From IMG/VR virus record IMGVR_UViG_3300012974_000540, positions 29,343-93,342 of that record: a stretch of 64,000 nucleotides of DNA, one strand, 5' to 3'. How positions within the stretch are numbered: the stretch's first letter is position 1; every line of letters starts with the position of its first letter. Positions 53,528-62,396 of the stretch are shown piece after piece. The translations under genes were made by a program, and so were the position numbers. Source of the stretch: a virus. Lineage: Duplodnaviria > Caudoviricetes. The notes under the pieces were generated by a model, which ran no database searches, was not told the DNA's origin, and worked only from the letters and a program-made list of their open reading frames with translations.

Positions 53528-53571
53528 TCCTCCCGTCCGACTGAGGCCCGTTTCCGCCGGTGGGTCACGGC

Positions 53572-53599
53572 AAGGCTGCCTTCGGGCGGCCTTTTTTTT
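53572..53599 (+). terminator. rho-independent terminator
   Basis: AAGGCTGCC TTCG GGCGGCC followed by 8 T. Confidence 0.8.
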
Positions 53600-53641
53600 G
53601 CCCTGCGCCCAGGCGCGTCGGGGCTGTGAGGAGATTGAGCC

Positions 53642-54865
53642 ATGGCGCTCGCTCGCGGCATTAACAAGCAGCTCATCATCGCCCGCGAAGCCACCTTCGG
53701 CACGCTGGCGGCCAGCTCCGGCGGCCGCGTCCTGCGCCGCCTGAACGGCGCGCTGTCGCTCACCAAGGACGGCATCCGCAGCCAGGAAATCCTGCCCAGC
53801 CAGCAGTTCCGCGATGCCCGGCACGGCGTCCGCCGCGTGGTCGGCTCGCTCAGCGGCCAGCTCTCGCCCGGCGCCTACCAGGACTTCTTCGAGGGCATGC
53901 TGCGCCGCCAGTTCGCGGTCGGCGCCACCACCGGGCCGCTCAGCACCATCGGCGCCGCCGCCGGCCCGCCGGGCACCTTCACCCGCACGGGCGGCTCCTT
54001 CCTCGCCGACGGCTTCAAGGTCGGCGACGTGGTGCGCTGGACCGGCTGGGCCACCACGGGCACCGACAACAACGCCCGCAACTACCGCATCGTCAACCTG
54101 ACGGCGACCGTGATGACGGTGTCAGGGCTCGGCAACGAGGTGGTCTCCACCAAGGCGGCCGGCGACACGGTGACCTGCGCGGTGGTCGGCAAGAAGACCT
54201 TCATCCCGGTCGCGAACCAGGGCCGCTACAGCTACAGCGTCGAGCAGTATTTCGGCGATTCCGATGTGCCGATCAGCGAGCGCTTCAGCGGCGTGCGCGT
54301 CCAGGGCGCCCGCATCTCCCTGCCGCCGACCGGCATGGTGACCGCCGACTTCCAGATGATGGGCCAGAAGATGGTGGAGGGCACCGCGCCCTACTTCACC
54401 GCGCCGACCCCGCCGACCACTGACAACTCCTTGGTGGCCGTCAACGGCGCCGTCCGCTTCAACGGGGTCGATGTGGCGCTGATCACCGGCGCCCAGCTCA
54501 ACATCTCCACCTCCATGGACGCCCAGCCCGTGCTCGGCTCCGATGTGGTCCCCGACATCTTCGAGGGCGCGCTCTCGGTCGAGGGCCAGGCCAGCGTTTA
54601 CGTGCAGGACAACAGCTTCCAGCAGCTGTTCCTGAACGAGGCCGAGGTGGACCTGCACTTCTACATGACCTCGGACGGGACGATTAACTCGCCCTTCATC
54701 AGCATCGTCCTGAACCGCGTGAAGCTGTTCAGCGCCACCAAGTCCGACAGCGACCGCGCCATCATCCAGAGCATCGCCTTCCAGGCCCTGGAGCACACCA
54801 CGGGTGCCGGCGCGGGCACGAAATTCGAGCAGACCACCATCACCATGCAGGACTCGTCCCTCTGA
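53642..54865 (+). CDS. major tail tube protein
   Basis: REATFG..LRR..SQEI..RHG..G.L..SYSVEQ; siphovirus tube type. Confidence 0.85.
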   Translation: MALARGINKQLIIAREATFGTLAASSGGRVLRRLNGALSLTKDGIRSQEILPSQQFRDARHGVRRVVGSLSGQLSPGAYQDFFEGMLRRQFAVGATTGPLSTIGAAAGPPGTFTRTGGSFLADGFKVGDVVRWTGWATTGTDNNARNYRIVNLTATVMTVSGLGNEVVSTKAAGDTVTCAVVGKKTFIPVANQGRYSYSVEQYFGDSDVPISERFSGVRVQGARISLPPTGMVTADFQMMGQKMVEGTAPYFTAPTPPTTDNSLVAVNGAVRFNGVDVALITGAQLNISTSMDAQPVLGSDVVPDIFEGALSVEGQASVYVQDNSFQQLFLNEAEVDLHFYMTSDGTINSPFISIVLNRVKLFSATKSDSDRAIIQSIAFQALEHTTGAGAGTKFEQTTITMQDSSL

Positions 54866-55278
54866 TGTTCGACATCGCCAAGCTCGACACGCACACCCTT
54901 CAGGAGAAGGGCCTGCCGATGACGGTGAAGCACCCGAAGACGGGCGCCGCCGTGCTGGACGACACCGGCAAGCCGGTCACGCTCACCCTGCTCGGCCGCC
55001 ACTCCGACACCGCGCGCGGCGCGGCGCGCCGCATCAGCGAGCGCACCGCCGAGCAGATCATGCGCGGCGTCCGCAAGACCGAGGAGCAGGTCGCCGCCGA
55101 CAACACCGACATGCTGGTCTCGGCCACGGTGGGCTGGTCCTTCACCAAAATGGACGGCGAGGATTTCCCCTGCACCGTGGAGAACGCGAAGAAGTTCTAC
55201 GCCGATCCGCGCTTCCGGCTGATCAAGGAGCAGGCGCTCGACTTCTTCGTCAATGAGGGGAACTTCCTCCTGGACTGA
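54865..55278 (+). CDS. tail assembly chaperone
   Basis: HPKTG..LLG..S..GWS..T.ENA..NF. Confidence 0.8.
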   Translation: MFDIAKLDTHTLQEKGLPMTVKHPKTGAAVLDDTGKPVTLTLLGRHSDTARGAARRISERTAEQIMRGVRKTEEQVAADNTDMLVSATVGWSFTKMDGEDFPCTVENAKKFYADPRFRLIKEQALDFFVNEGNFLLD

Positions 55279-55640
55279 CGAAGCGCGTTCGCCATTGGGC
55301 GTCGAGGGTCTTCCCCCTCGACGCGCCAGTGCCCGGGGGCGGCACCCTGCGGGACGCGCTCGACAGCGTGCGGCGGCAAACCGGCTGCACGCCACCAGAA
55401 CTGCTGGATCTCCCCGAGATGCCGCCGGAGGTGGAGACGGTCTTCGAGGCTTTCAAAGACCTCTCGCCAGGGCGGCCCTACTCCGCCCAGGGCGCTCCGC
55501 TCTCCATCCAGTTCAGCGAAATCGATGCCTGGTCGCGCCTCACCAGCATCCGGCTCGCCATCTGGGAACTGCGCCTCCTGCGCACCCTCGATGACGAGTT
55601 GATCAAGGCGCTTAGTCAGCCGGGAGCGCCGCCAGCATGA
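55257..55640 (+). CDS. tail chaperone -1 frameshift extension (gpGT-like)
   Basis: open -1 frame from 55257; F..L..R..I.FSEI.AW..E..L..LD. Confidence 0.65.
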   Translation, partial: GELPPGLTKRVRHWASRVFPLDAPVPGGGTLRDALDSVRRQTGCTPPELLDLPEMPPEVETVFEAFKDLSPGRPYSAQGAPLSIQFSEIDAWSRLTSIRLAIWELRLLRTLDDELIKALSQPGAPPA

Positions 55641-58600
55641 CCACCGACATCGCGCAACTGTCGTTCGCCATCGACAGTTCGCAGGCGGCGCAGGCCACCC
55701 GCAACCTCGAAGGCATGAAGGCCGCCGCGGCCGGCGTGACCGAGGGACAGCGCAAGCTCGATCAGGCGTTGCAGGATGGCCGCCGCTCGGTGGTCGATTA
55801 CGGCGAGAAGGCGGCTCTGCTCACCAGCAGCCTGACCGCCGTGCATTCGGCGCTCGACGGCGTGGTGGAGCGGGCCAACAAGGCGACCGGCGCGCTGCGC
55901 GACAGCGCCTCGGCCATGGGCGAGTTCCAAACCGCCATGCGCGGCCTCGACGGCCTCGCCCGCTCCTTCGAGATGAGCGCCTCCGGCCTGGAGGGCTATG
56001 CGCGCTCGGCGCGGCAGGCGGGCCTCGCCTCGAACGAGACCCTCACCGCGCTGCAGAACATCCAGGCCGCCTTCGAGGGCGTCACCGCCAAGGGGCAGCA
56101 GGCGCGCGCGGTGCTGGAGAACTACGGCCTCTCGGTGCGCGGCCTCGACCGCAACCAGGCCGGCAACGTGATGACGCAGTTCATCTCGCGCATGCAGACC
56201 TTCGCGGACGATCCGCAGCGCCTGCGCGACGCCATGACCGTCATGGGCCCGCTCGGCGCCGATACCGTCACCCGCCTCTCCTATCCGGATTACCGCTCGA
56301 CCGAGCAGCAGCGCCGCGAGGCCGAGGCCCACCAGCGCGCCCAGAACACCGCGCTCGCCCGCGAGGGCATCTTCCGGCTGAACAACGCGAACTCGCAGAT
56401 GGAGGGCCGCTACGGCGAGCTGCGCGGCCTCTGGGGCGAGGGCGAGGCGGGCCTGCTGTCGCGCATGTTCGGCGAGGGCGATTCCGGCCGCCGCCAGCGC
56501 CTGGAGGAATGGGAGCGGCAGTACCAGGGCTACAAGGCCGGTGACCGCGTGCCCGCCTGGATGGCGCTTCAGCGCGAGAACAAGAATACCCTCTGGCAGC
56601 GCTTCGACACGGCGTGGAGCGACTGGCGCGACTACCGGAACAACGGCGAGTCCGAGGCCAATGCCGAGCTGATCAACGCCCAGTACCAGCGCGACCGGCT
56701 CAACGGCGGCTGGTGGGAAGCGAACATGGACTGGGCGGGCCGCCGCATCGGCAACCTGTTCAGCGCCGACCAGGCCGGCATCCAGCAGATCCTGGACAAC
56801 CTTCCGGCCGACCAGCGCCCGGTCAATCCGCGCATCGCCGCCTACCAGCGGCAGACCGGGCAGATGGCCTTCGCGGGCGCGATGTCGCCCGACGACCAGC
56901 GCCGGATGCAGCCGATGATGGCGGCGTTGCAGGGCTTCGGCGTCGATATCGGGCGCCTGGAGGGCTTCTCCCCCGCCGCCCTCCGGGGCCTCGACGACAA
57001 GGCGCTGCGCGGCTTCGGCATCCTGCCCGAGCACATGGCGGCCATCGACCAGCGCTTCGCCGCCGAGGACGACACGCGCCTGCTGGCCGAGCAGCGCCTG
57101 CGGGGCGAGGAGCGCTCCATCTCCGGCGCGGCGCGGGGCGGCTACGCCAGCAGCTACGGCGACGGCGAGCGCGCCCGCACGGCCGAGCAGCTGCGCCTCC
57201 AGGTGGCCCGCGAATTCACCTCCGAGCGCGCCCAGCAGGAGGCGCTGGCGAAGCGCCTCGCCGATTACGAGGAGCGGATCGCCGACGCCACCGCGCGCGC
57301 CTCCGCCGCCCTCGATGCCCAGGCCCGCCCCGGCCACACCATGACGGCGCAGCTCCTGGCCGGCGCCACGCCCGAGAACGCCCTGCGCTCCCAGGCCGTG
57401 GCCCAGGCCGGGATGGTTCCCGGCGGCCCCAGCGCCGAGGCCATCCTGCGGAGCGGCGCCATGCAGGCGCTGGCCCAGGGCGGCGGCCATCTCGCCGGGA
57501 TGCGGACCCAGAATGACCACCTGGGGCGCCAGGTCGCCGCCGCCGAGGGTGGCCCCGGCGCCGCCGACCGCCTGCGCGACCTGCGCTACGAGAGCATGAC
57601 CGCCGACATGGCGCTGCGGGCCCGCGCCTCCGGCGACGAGACCCTGGCGCGCACCGCCGAGCAGCTCGGCAAGGCCCTGCGGGAAGCCGCCGAGAACGCC
57701 AGCCACTTCAACCAGCGCCTGGCGGTGGCGAATGCCGGCCGCGACGTGGCGGCGGGCGAGGGCGTGCTGGACAGCTACCGGGGCCTCGACCCCGCCGCGC
57801 GCAACCGCGAGAGCCGGCTCGACGGCATCGCGCTCAGCATGATCCCGCCCACCGAGCTGCAGGACATGACGGTGAACGAGCAGCGCGCCGAAGCGCGCCG
57901 CCGCCGCCTCGCCAATGTCGATGGCCTGGGCGACGCCTCCACCGCGCAGCTCAACCACCAGCAGCGCTCCAGCGACGAGGCCTCGGCCGCCGTGCGCGAG
58001 GCGGAGCTGGCCTCGGCCCGCGCCGGCCGCAGCGGCGATCCGCTGCGCGACGCCGCCGAGCGGCGCCAGGCGGGTCTCGCCGCCATCCGCGCCCGTGGCC
58101 TGCCGCCCACCGACGAAGCCCAGGCCATCGCCAACTTCGAGGCCTCGCTCGACACGCCGCGCATCGCCGCCAGCAATGCCCGCGTCCTCGGCGCCCAGCA
58201 GGGGGCCGCCGACATCGCGCGCGGCGCCCGTTGGTCCACCAGCGGGCAGCTCGGCCGCTACGAGGACCTCGCCCGCGCCACGGCCGAACGCCACGGAATC
58301 GACCCCGACCTGTTCGTGGCGCTCGGCGAGATGGAATCCTCGGGCAATCCGAACGCGCGGTCGCCCACCGGCGTCCAGGGCCTCTATCAGGTCACGCGGC
58401 GCACCGCCCGCGGCGTCGGCATCCAGGGCGACCACGCCACGCCCGAGAACAGCATCGAGGGGGCGGCCCGCTACATCGCCTCGATGCCGGCGGAGATCCG
58501 CGCCAACCCCTATGCCACGGCCCTGGCCTACAACCGGGGCGCCAACGGCGCCGGGGTGCAGGACTACCTCCGCACCGGCAACCTCGCCGGGGTCGATGCC

Positions 58601-59866
58601 GAGGGCCAGGGCTACGTCCGCAAGCTGGCGCAGCGCGACCTCTACGGCTCCGGCCGGGCGGCCGCAGAGCTGTCCGCCGACCAGGCGATCCGCTCCGGCG
58701 CCCTGCTGCCGGAATCGCGCGGCGCGATGATCGACGCGGAGATGCTGCGCGGCGCCAACGCGGCGCTGGCCGACTTCGCCCGGGCGACCCGCGACAGCAC
58801 CATCTCGCTGGCGAACCTCGCCGAGCGCAACCGCGCCGGGAGCACCTATGAGCGGGGCCTGGTCGCCACGCGCCAGGGCGGCGAGGCGGAGCGCATCCGG
58901 CAGGAGCAGGCGGCCCAGGTTTTCGAGAAGAATGGCGACACGGCGCGCGCGGCCCTGGCGCGGCGCAACGCGGAGACCGCCGGCCGCGACGCCGAGGCCG
59001 AGTACCGGGAGGGCCTGCGCGGCCGCTTCACCGATGAGGGGCGCCAGCTCGACATCTCGGCCGACGAAGCCCGCTTCCGGACGGAGAACTGGTGGTTGAC
59101 CAGCGACCAGCTCGCGGCAGAGTCCACACGCCGCAGCGAAAAGCGCCGCCTGAAGGACACCTACGGGGATTCGATCTCCGAGGACGAGCTGGAGAGCCGC
59201 GCGAACCAGAGCGCCGACATGGCGAAGTTCGGCGAGATCGCGCGGCAGAACCAGCTCATCCGCGACAGCTTCCTGGGCCTCGGACAGGCCGCCTCGCAGA
59301 CCCTCGACGCGGTGATCCTGAAAGGCGGCAAGGCGAGCGAGGTGATGAGCGCGCTGCTGTCGAACCTTGCCAGCCGCGCGCTCCAGACGGTGACCGGCAA
59401 CCTGTTCTCGCAGGCGCTTTCCTTCGCCGGCAACATGGTGATGTCCAGCGCGAGCGGCGGCACGGTGCCCGCCGCCACGGGCCACGTCTTCGACGGCGGC
59501 GGCCTGGTGCATATGGCGACCGGCGGCGTGGTGGACCGCATGACCTTCCGCCCGATGGCGCAGGGCGGCACCGCCGTGATCGGCGAGGCCGGGCCGGAGG
59601 CGGTGATCCCGCTGGTCCGCACCTCCTCGGGCAATCTCGGCGTCCGCATGGCGGGCGGCGGCGGCGGCGGCGCCTTCGCGCCCCAGGTGACCATCAACAT
59701 GGGCGGCGGCGGCGGCGGGGGCGGCGGCGGGGGCAGCAATGATCCCGGTCAGGCCCAGGCCGTGGGCCGCGCCGTCAGCCGCGCGCTGGAAGACGCCCAG
59801 GCGCAATACATGGTCGATCAGCAGCGCGTCGGCGGCCTCCTCAATCCCCTTTTCGCGGGGCGCTGA
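55637..59866 (+). CDS. tape measure protein with SLT lytic transglycosylase domain
   Basis: 1409 aa; HGIDPDL..ESSGNPNARS..GLYQ..AYN.G; GEAGPEAVIPL. Confidence 0.9.
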   Translation: MTTDIAQLSFAIDSSQAAQATRNLEGMKAAAAGVTEGQRKLDQALQDGRRSVVDYGEKAALLTSSLTAVHSALDGVVERANKATGALRDSASAMGEFQTAMRGLDGLARSFEMSASGLEGYARSARQAGLASNETLTALQNIQAAFEGVTAKGQQARAVLENYGLSVRGLDRNQAGNVMTQFISRMQTFADDPQRLRDAMTVMGPLGADTVTRLSYPDYRSTEQQRREAEAHQRAQNTALAREGIFRLNNANSQMEGRYGELRGLWGEGEAGLLSRMFGEGDSGRRQRLEEWERQYQGYKAGDRVPAWMALQRENKNTLWQRFDTAWSDWRDYRNNGESEANAELINAQYQRDRLNGGWWEANMDWAGRRIGNLFSADQAGIQQILDNLPADQRPVNPRIAAYQRQTGQMAFAGAMSPDDQRRMQPMMAALQGFGVDIGRLEGFSPAALRGLDDKALRGFGILPEHMAAIDQRFAAEDDTRLLAEQRLRGEERSISGAARGGYASSYGDGERARTAEQLRLQVAREFTSERAQQEALAKRLADYEERIADATARASAALDAQARPGHTMTAQLLAGATPENALRSQAVAQAGMVPGGPSAEAILRSGAMQALAQGGGHLAGMRTQNDHLGRQVAAAEGGPGAADRLRDLRYESMTADMALRARASGDETLARTAEQLGKALREAAENASHFNQRLAVANAGRDVAAGEGVLDSYRGLDPAARNRESRLDGIALSMIPPTELQDMTVNEQRAEARRRRLANVDGLGDASTAQLNHQQRSSDEASAAVREAELASARAGRSGDPLRDAAERRQAGLAAIRARGLPPTDEAQAIANFEASLDTPRIAASNARVLGAQQGAADIARGARWSTSGQLGRYEDLARATAERHGIDPDLFVALGEMESSGNPNARSPTGVQGLYQVTRRTARGVGIQGDHATPENSIEGAARYIASMPAEIRANPYATALAYNRGANGAGVQDYLRTGNLAGVDAEGQGYVRKLAQRDLYGSGRAAAELSADQAIRSGALLPESRGAMIDAEMLRGANAALADFARATRDSTISLANLAERNRAGSTYERGLVATRQGGEAERIRQEQAAQVFEKNGDTARAALARRNAETAGRDAEAEYREGLRGRFTDEGRQLDISADEARFRTENWWLTSDQLAAESTRRSEKRRLKDTYGDSISEDELESRANQSADMAKFGEIARQNQLIRDSFLGLGQAASQTLDAVILKGGKASEVMSALLSNLASRALQTVTGNLFSQALSFAGNMVMSSASGGTVPAATGHVFDGGGLVHMATGGVVDRMTFRPMAQGGTAVIGEAGPEAVIPLVRTSSGNLGVRMAGGGGGGAFAPQVTINMGGGGGGGGGGGSNDPGQAQAVGRAVSRALEDAQAQYMVDQQRVGGLLNPLFAGR

Positions 59867-59869
59867 GCC

Positions 59870-60226
59870 ATGGCCTATCCGGTCTTCGTCCCGCCCATCA
59901 ATCCGCAGATCGACGGCGCCGAGGCGGAGTTGCAGGCCGACATCCTGCAGCTCCGCATGGGTGACGGATACACGGTGCGCCAGCCGCGCGGCCTGAACTT
60001 CCAGCTGGTCACGAACCGCCTGCTCTGGGGGCCGCTCACCACCGCGCAGCGCAACCAGATGCTCGCCTTCTTCCGCGAGAGGGGCGGCCACAAGCCCTTC
60101 TACTACGCCGTCCCGCACGACGTGACGCGCCAATACATCGCCACGAACGTCCGCTGGTCCGCGATGAACTTCGATCTCTGGACCCTCTCGGCGGTCCTTA
60201 CCGAGACCTTCGACCCCGAGTTCTGA
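59870..60226 (+). CDS. lambda gpM-like minor tail protein
   Basis: MGDGY..RQP.GLN..FFRERGG.KPFY. Confidence 0.85.
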   Translation: MAYPVFVPPINPQIDGAEAELQADILQLRMGDGYTVRQPRGLNFQLVTNRLLWGPLTTAQRNQMLAFFRERGGHKPFYYAVPHDVTRQYIATNVRWSAMNFDLWTLSAVLTETFDPEF

Positions 60227-60272
60227 GCCGCCGGCCCAGCCCGGCCCCTCTCCCCTTTCCGGACGACCGAAC

Positions 60273-61544
60273 ATGCCCGCTTCCGACGCGCGGCGCGTGG
60301 CGCGATTGCTCGCGCCCGATCCGCTGATCTCGCTCTACGACTTCGATCTGAGCGCCAGGGGCGGTCCGGTCTATCACTGGACCCCCGGCCCCTACTCGCC
60401 GCTGCGCGGCAACCTGATCGGCAACAGCTGCTGCGCCTTCAACACCGGCGGCTGGTCGGCGGGCGGCTCCGCGCCCTTCGCCCTGCACTCCGCCAGCGCC
60501 GCCAACCCGGCCTTCGCGCTCCAGGGCTATGGCAGCGGCTATGCCTGGCGCGAGGCGGGGCTGGCGGCGGGCGGGCGCGGCATCGTCGCCTGGACCCTGG
60601 CGCCCCTGGCGGTGCAGCCGGGCCAGTGGGCGCAGATGCACGCCATGCTGGTCTCGCACCGCTGCCGCGCCCAGATCCGCATCACCTTCCTCGACGCCGC
60701 CGGCGGCACCCTGCCCGGCGGCATCGACAGCGCGAAAAACGACGACGGCGTGCCGCTCGGCATCGGCTCGGCCACCACCGAGGACCGCTACCAGCGCCTC
60801 TGGGCCAGGGCCCAGGCCCCGGAGGGCGCGGTGCGCGCCACGGCCCAGATCATCATCCTCGACGGCACCGGCGAGGCGCCGGCCATGATGGCCTGGACCC
60901 AGGCCACCTTCGCGGTCACCAACACCGAGCCGGGCGCGCCCGAACCCTGGGACCAGGGCACCACGGGCGTCTCGGTCGCCTTCGGCGGCACGATCTACAC
61001 CCCCGCGCCCATCGAGATCGAGCGCATGCGCTACAGCGGCACGGGCGCGCCGCCGCGGCCGACGCTGCGGGTGCCGAACCTGAACAGCTTCGCGGCGCAG
61101 ATGCTCGGCGGCATCGGCTACGGCCTGGGCGCCCTCATCACCCGCCGCCGGGTGTTCCTGCGCCACCTCGACGGGCAGGCCCAGGCCGACCCCTCGGCCT
61201 TCATCGGCCCCGATGTCTGGGAGGTGGACCGCAAGGCGTCGCACGGGCCGGAATCCATCACCTACGAGCTGGCCTCCAGCATCGACGTGCAGGGCAAGCG
61301 CCTGCCCTCGCGGCAGGTGCTGCGCGACAGCTGCCCCTACGGCTACCGCGTCTGGACCGGCGGCGCCTGGCGCCAGTCCGAATGCCCCTACAGCGGCGGC
61401 GCCTGCTTCAAGGCGGATGGCACGCCGACCGGAGATCCCGCGCTGGATGACTGCGGGCGCCGCATGAGCGATTGTATCCTGCGCTACGGCAATGCCCCCC
61501 TGCCGCTGGGCAACTTCCCAGGCGTCAGCCGCGGAGACCTGTGA
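60273..61544 (+). CDS. lambda gpL-like tail tip protein with inserted domain
   Basis: LYDFDL..GG; PRPTL.V.N; RRRVFLRHLD; C...Y..C.Y.G..D.C.R..C..RY. Confidence 0.85.
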   Translation: MPASDARRVARLLAPDPLISLYDFDLSARGGPVYHWTPGPYSPLRGNLIGNSCCAFNTGGWSAGGSAPFALHSASAANPAFALQGYGSGYAWREAGLAAGGRGIVAWTLAPLAVQPGQWAQMHAMLVSHRCRAQIRITFLDAAGGTLPGGIDSAKNDDGVPLGIGSATTEDRYQRLWARAQAPEGAVRATAQIIILDGTGEAPAMMAWTQATFAVTNTEPGAPEPWDQGTTGVSVAFGGTIYTPAPIEIERMRYSGTGAPPRPTLRVPNLNSFAAQMLGGIGYGLGALITRRRVFLRHLDGQAQADPSAFIGPDVWEVDRKASHGPESITYELASSIDVQGKRLPSRQVLRDSCPYGYRVWTGGAWRQSECPYSGGACFKADGTPTGDPALDDCGRRMSDCILRYGNAPLPLGNFPGVSRGDL

Positions 61545-62296
61545 TGTTCGGTGCCACCGTCGCGGAGGCGATCCGCGCGCATGCCGCCCAATGCTATCCG
61601 ATGGAGAGCTGCGGCCTCGTCACGGCCGCCGGCTACGAGCCGCAGCCGAACGTCGCGGACGACCCCTACGAGACCTTCGTGATGCCGCCCGAGGCCGAGG
61701 CGCGCATGCTGGCCGGCGACGTGCTGGCGGTGGTGCATAGCCATCCGGACGGTCCCGACCATCCCTCCATCGCCGACCAGGAGCAGCAGGTCGCCCTCGA
61801 CGTGCCCTTCGGCCTGGTGGTGACGCGCGGCCGCGCGGTCGGCGAGCCGTTCTTCTGGGGCTCGGGCATCCCCGAGGTGCCGCTGCTCGGCCGCGATTTC
61901 CGCTGGGGGCCGACCGGCACGGACGGCAAGGGCGACTGCTGGGCGCTGGTCCGCGACTGGTATGCGGGCCACGGCCTGTTCCTGCCCGAATTTACCCGCG
62001 ACGAGGACTGGCTTTCCGAAGCCCCGACGCGGTATCTTGCAAACCGCGAGAGGGTCGGTTTTTGTCCGGTCCCGACCGATGACCTCCGGGCCGGCGATCT
62101 CGTCTTCTTCGCGATCCAGTCCGGCGGCATCCCCAACCACAGCGGCATCTATCTCGGTGATGGCCTGCTGCTGCACCACCTCCAGGGCCACCTCTCCCGC
62201 CGCGAGCTGATCGTCCGCTGGCTGCGGAGCAGCTTCCGGCCCGAGGTGTTCCGTCACCCGGATCTCCGGCTGCCCAGCACCTACCGGGCGGCCTGA
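61544..62296 (+). CDS. lambda gpK-like (JAB plus NlpC/P60) tail tip protein
   Basis: ESCGLV; VHSHPDG..PS.AD; DCWALVRDWY; NHSGIYLG..LHH. Confidence 0.9.
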   Translation: MFGATVAEAIRAHAAQCYPMESCGLVTAAGYEPQPNVADDPYETFVMPPEAEARMLAGDVLAVVHSHPDGPDHPSIADQEQQVALDVPFGLVVTRGRAVGEPFFWGSGIPEVPLLGRDFRWGPTGTDGKGDCWALVRDWYAGHGLFLPEFTRDEDWLSEAPTRYLANRERVGFCPVPTDDLRAGDLVFFAIQSGGIPNHSGIYLGDGLLLHHLQGHLSRRELIVRWLRSSFRPEVFRHPDLRLPSTYRAA

Positions 62297-62396
62297 TCCC
62301 GCCGGCATCCACGCCGGCCCCCTCCCTCCCGACTGGCAGGCCCCTCCCGGCGCACCTCGTGCGCGCGGGCGCGTGGCGCTGCGTGGAGCGCACCGC

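Noticed and set aside
43434-60274. Very long minus-strand ORFs (1390, 809 and 1552 aa; likewise 7908-10091 and 24897-27131)
   Set aside because: Shadow frames of GC-rich plus-strand genes with recognisable products
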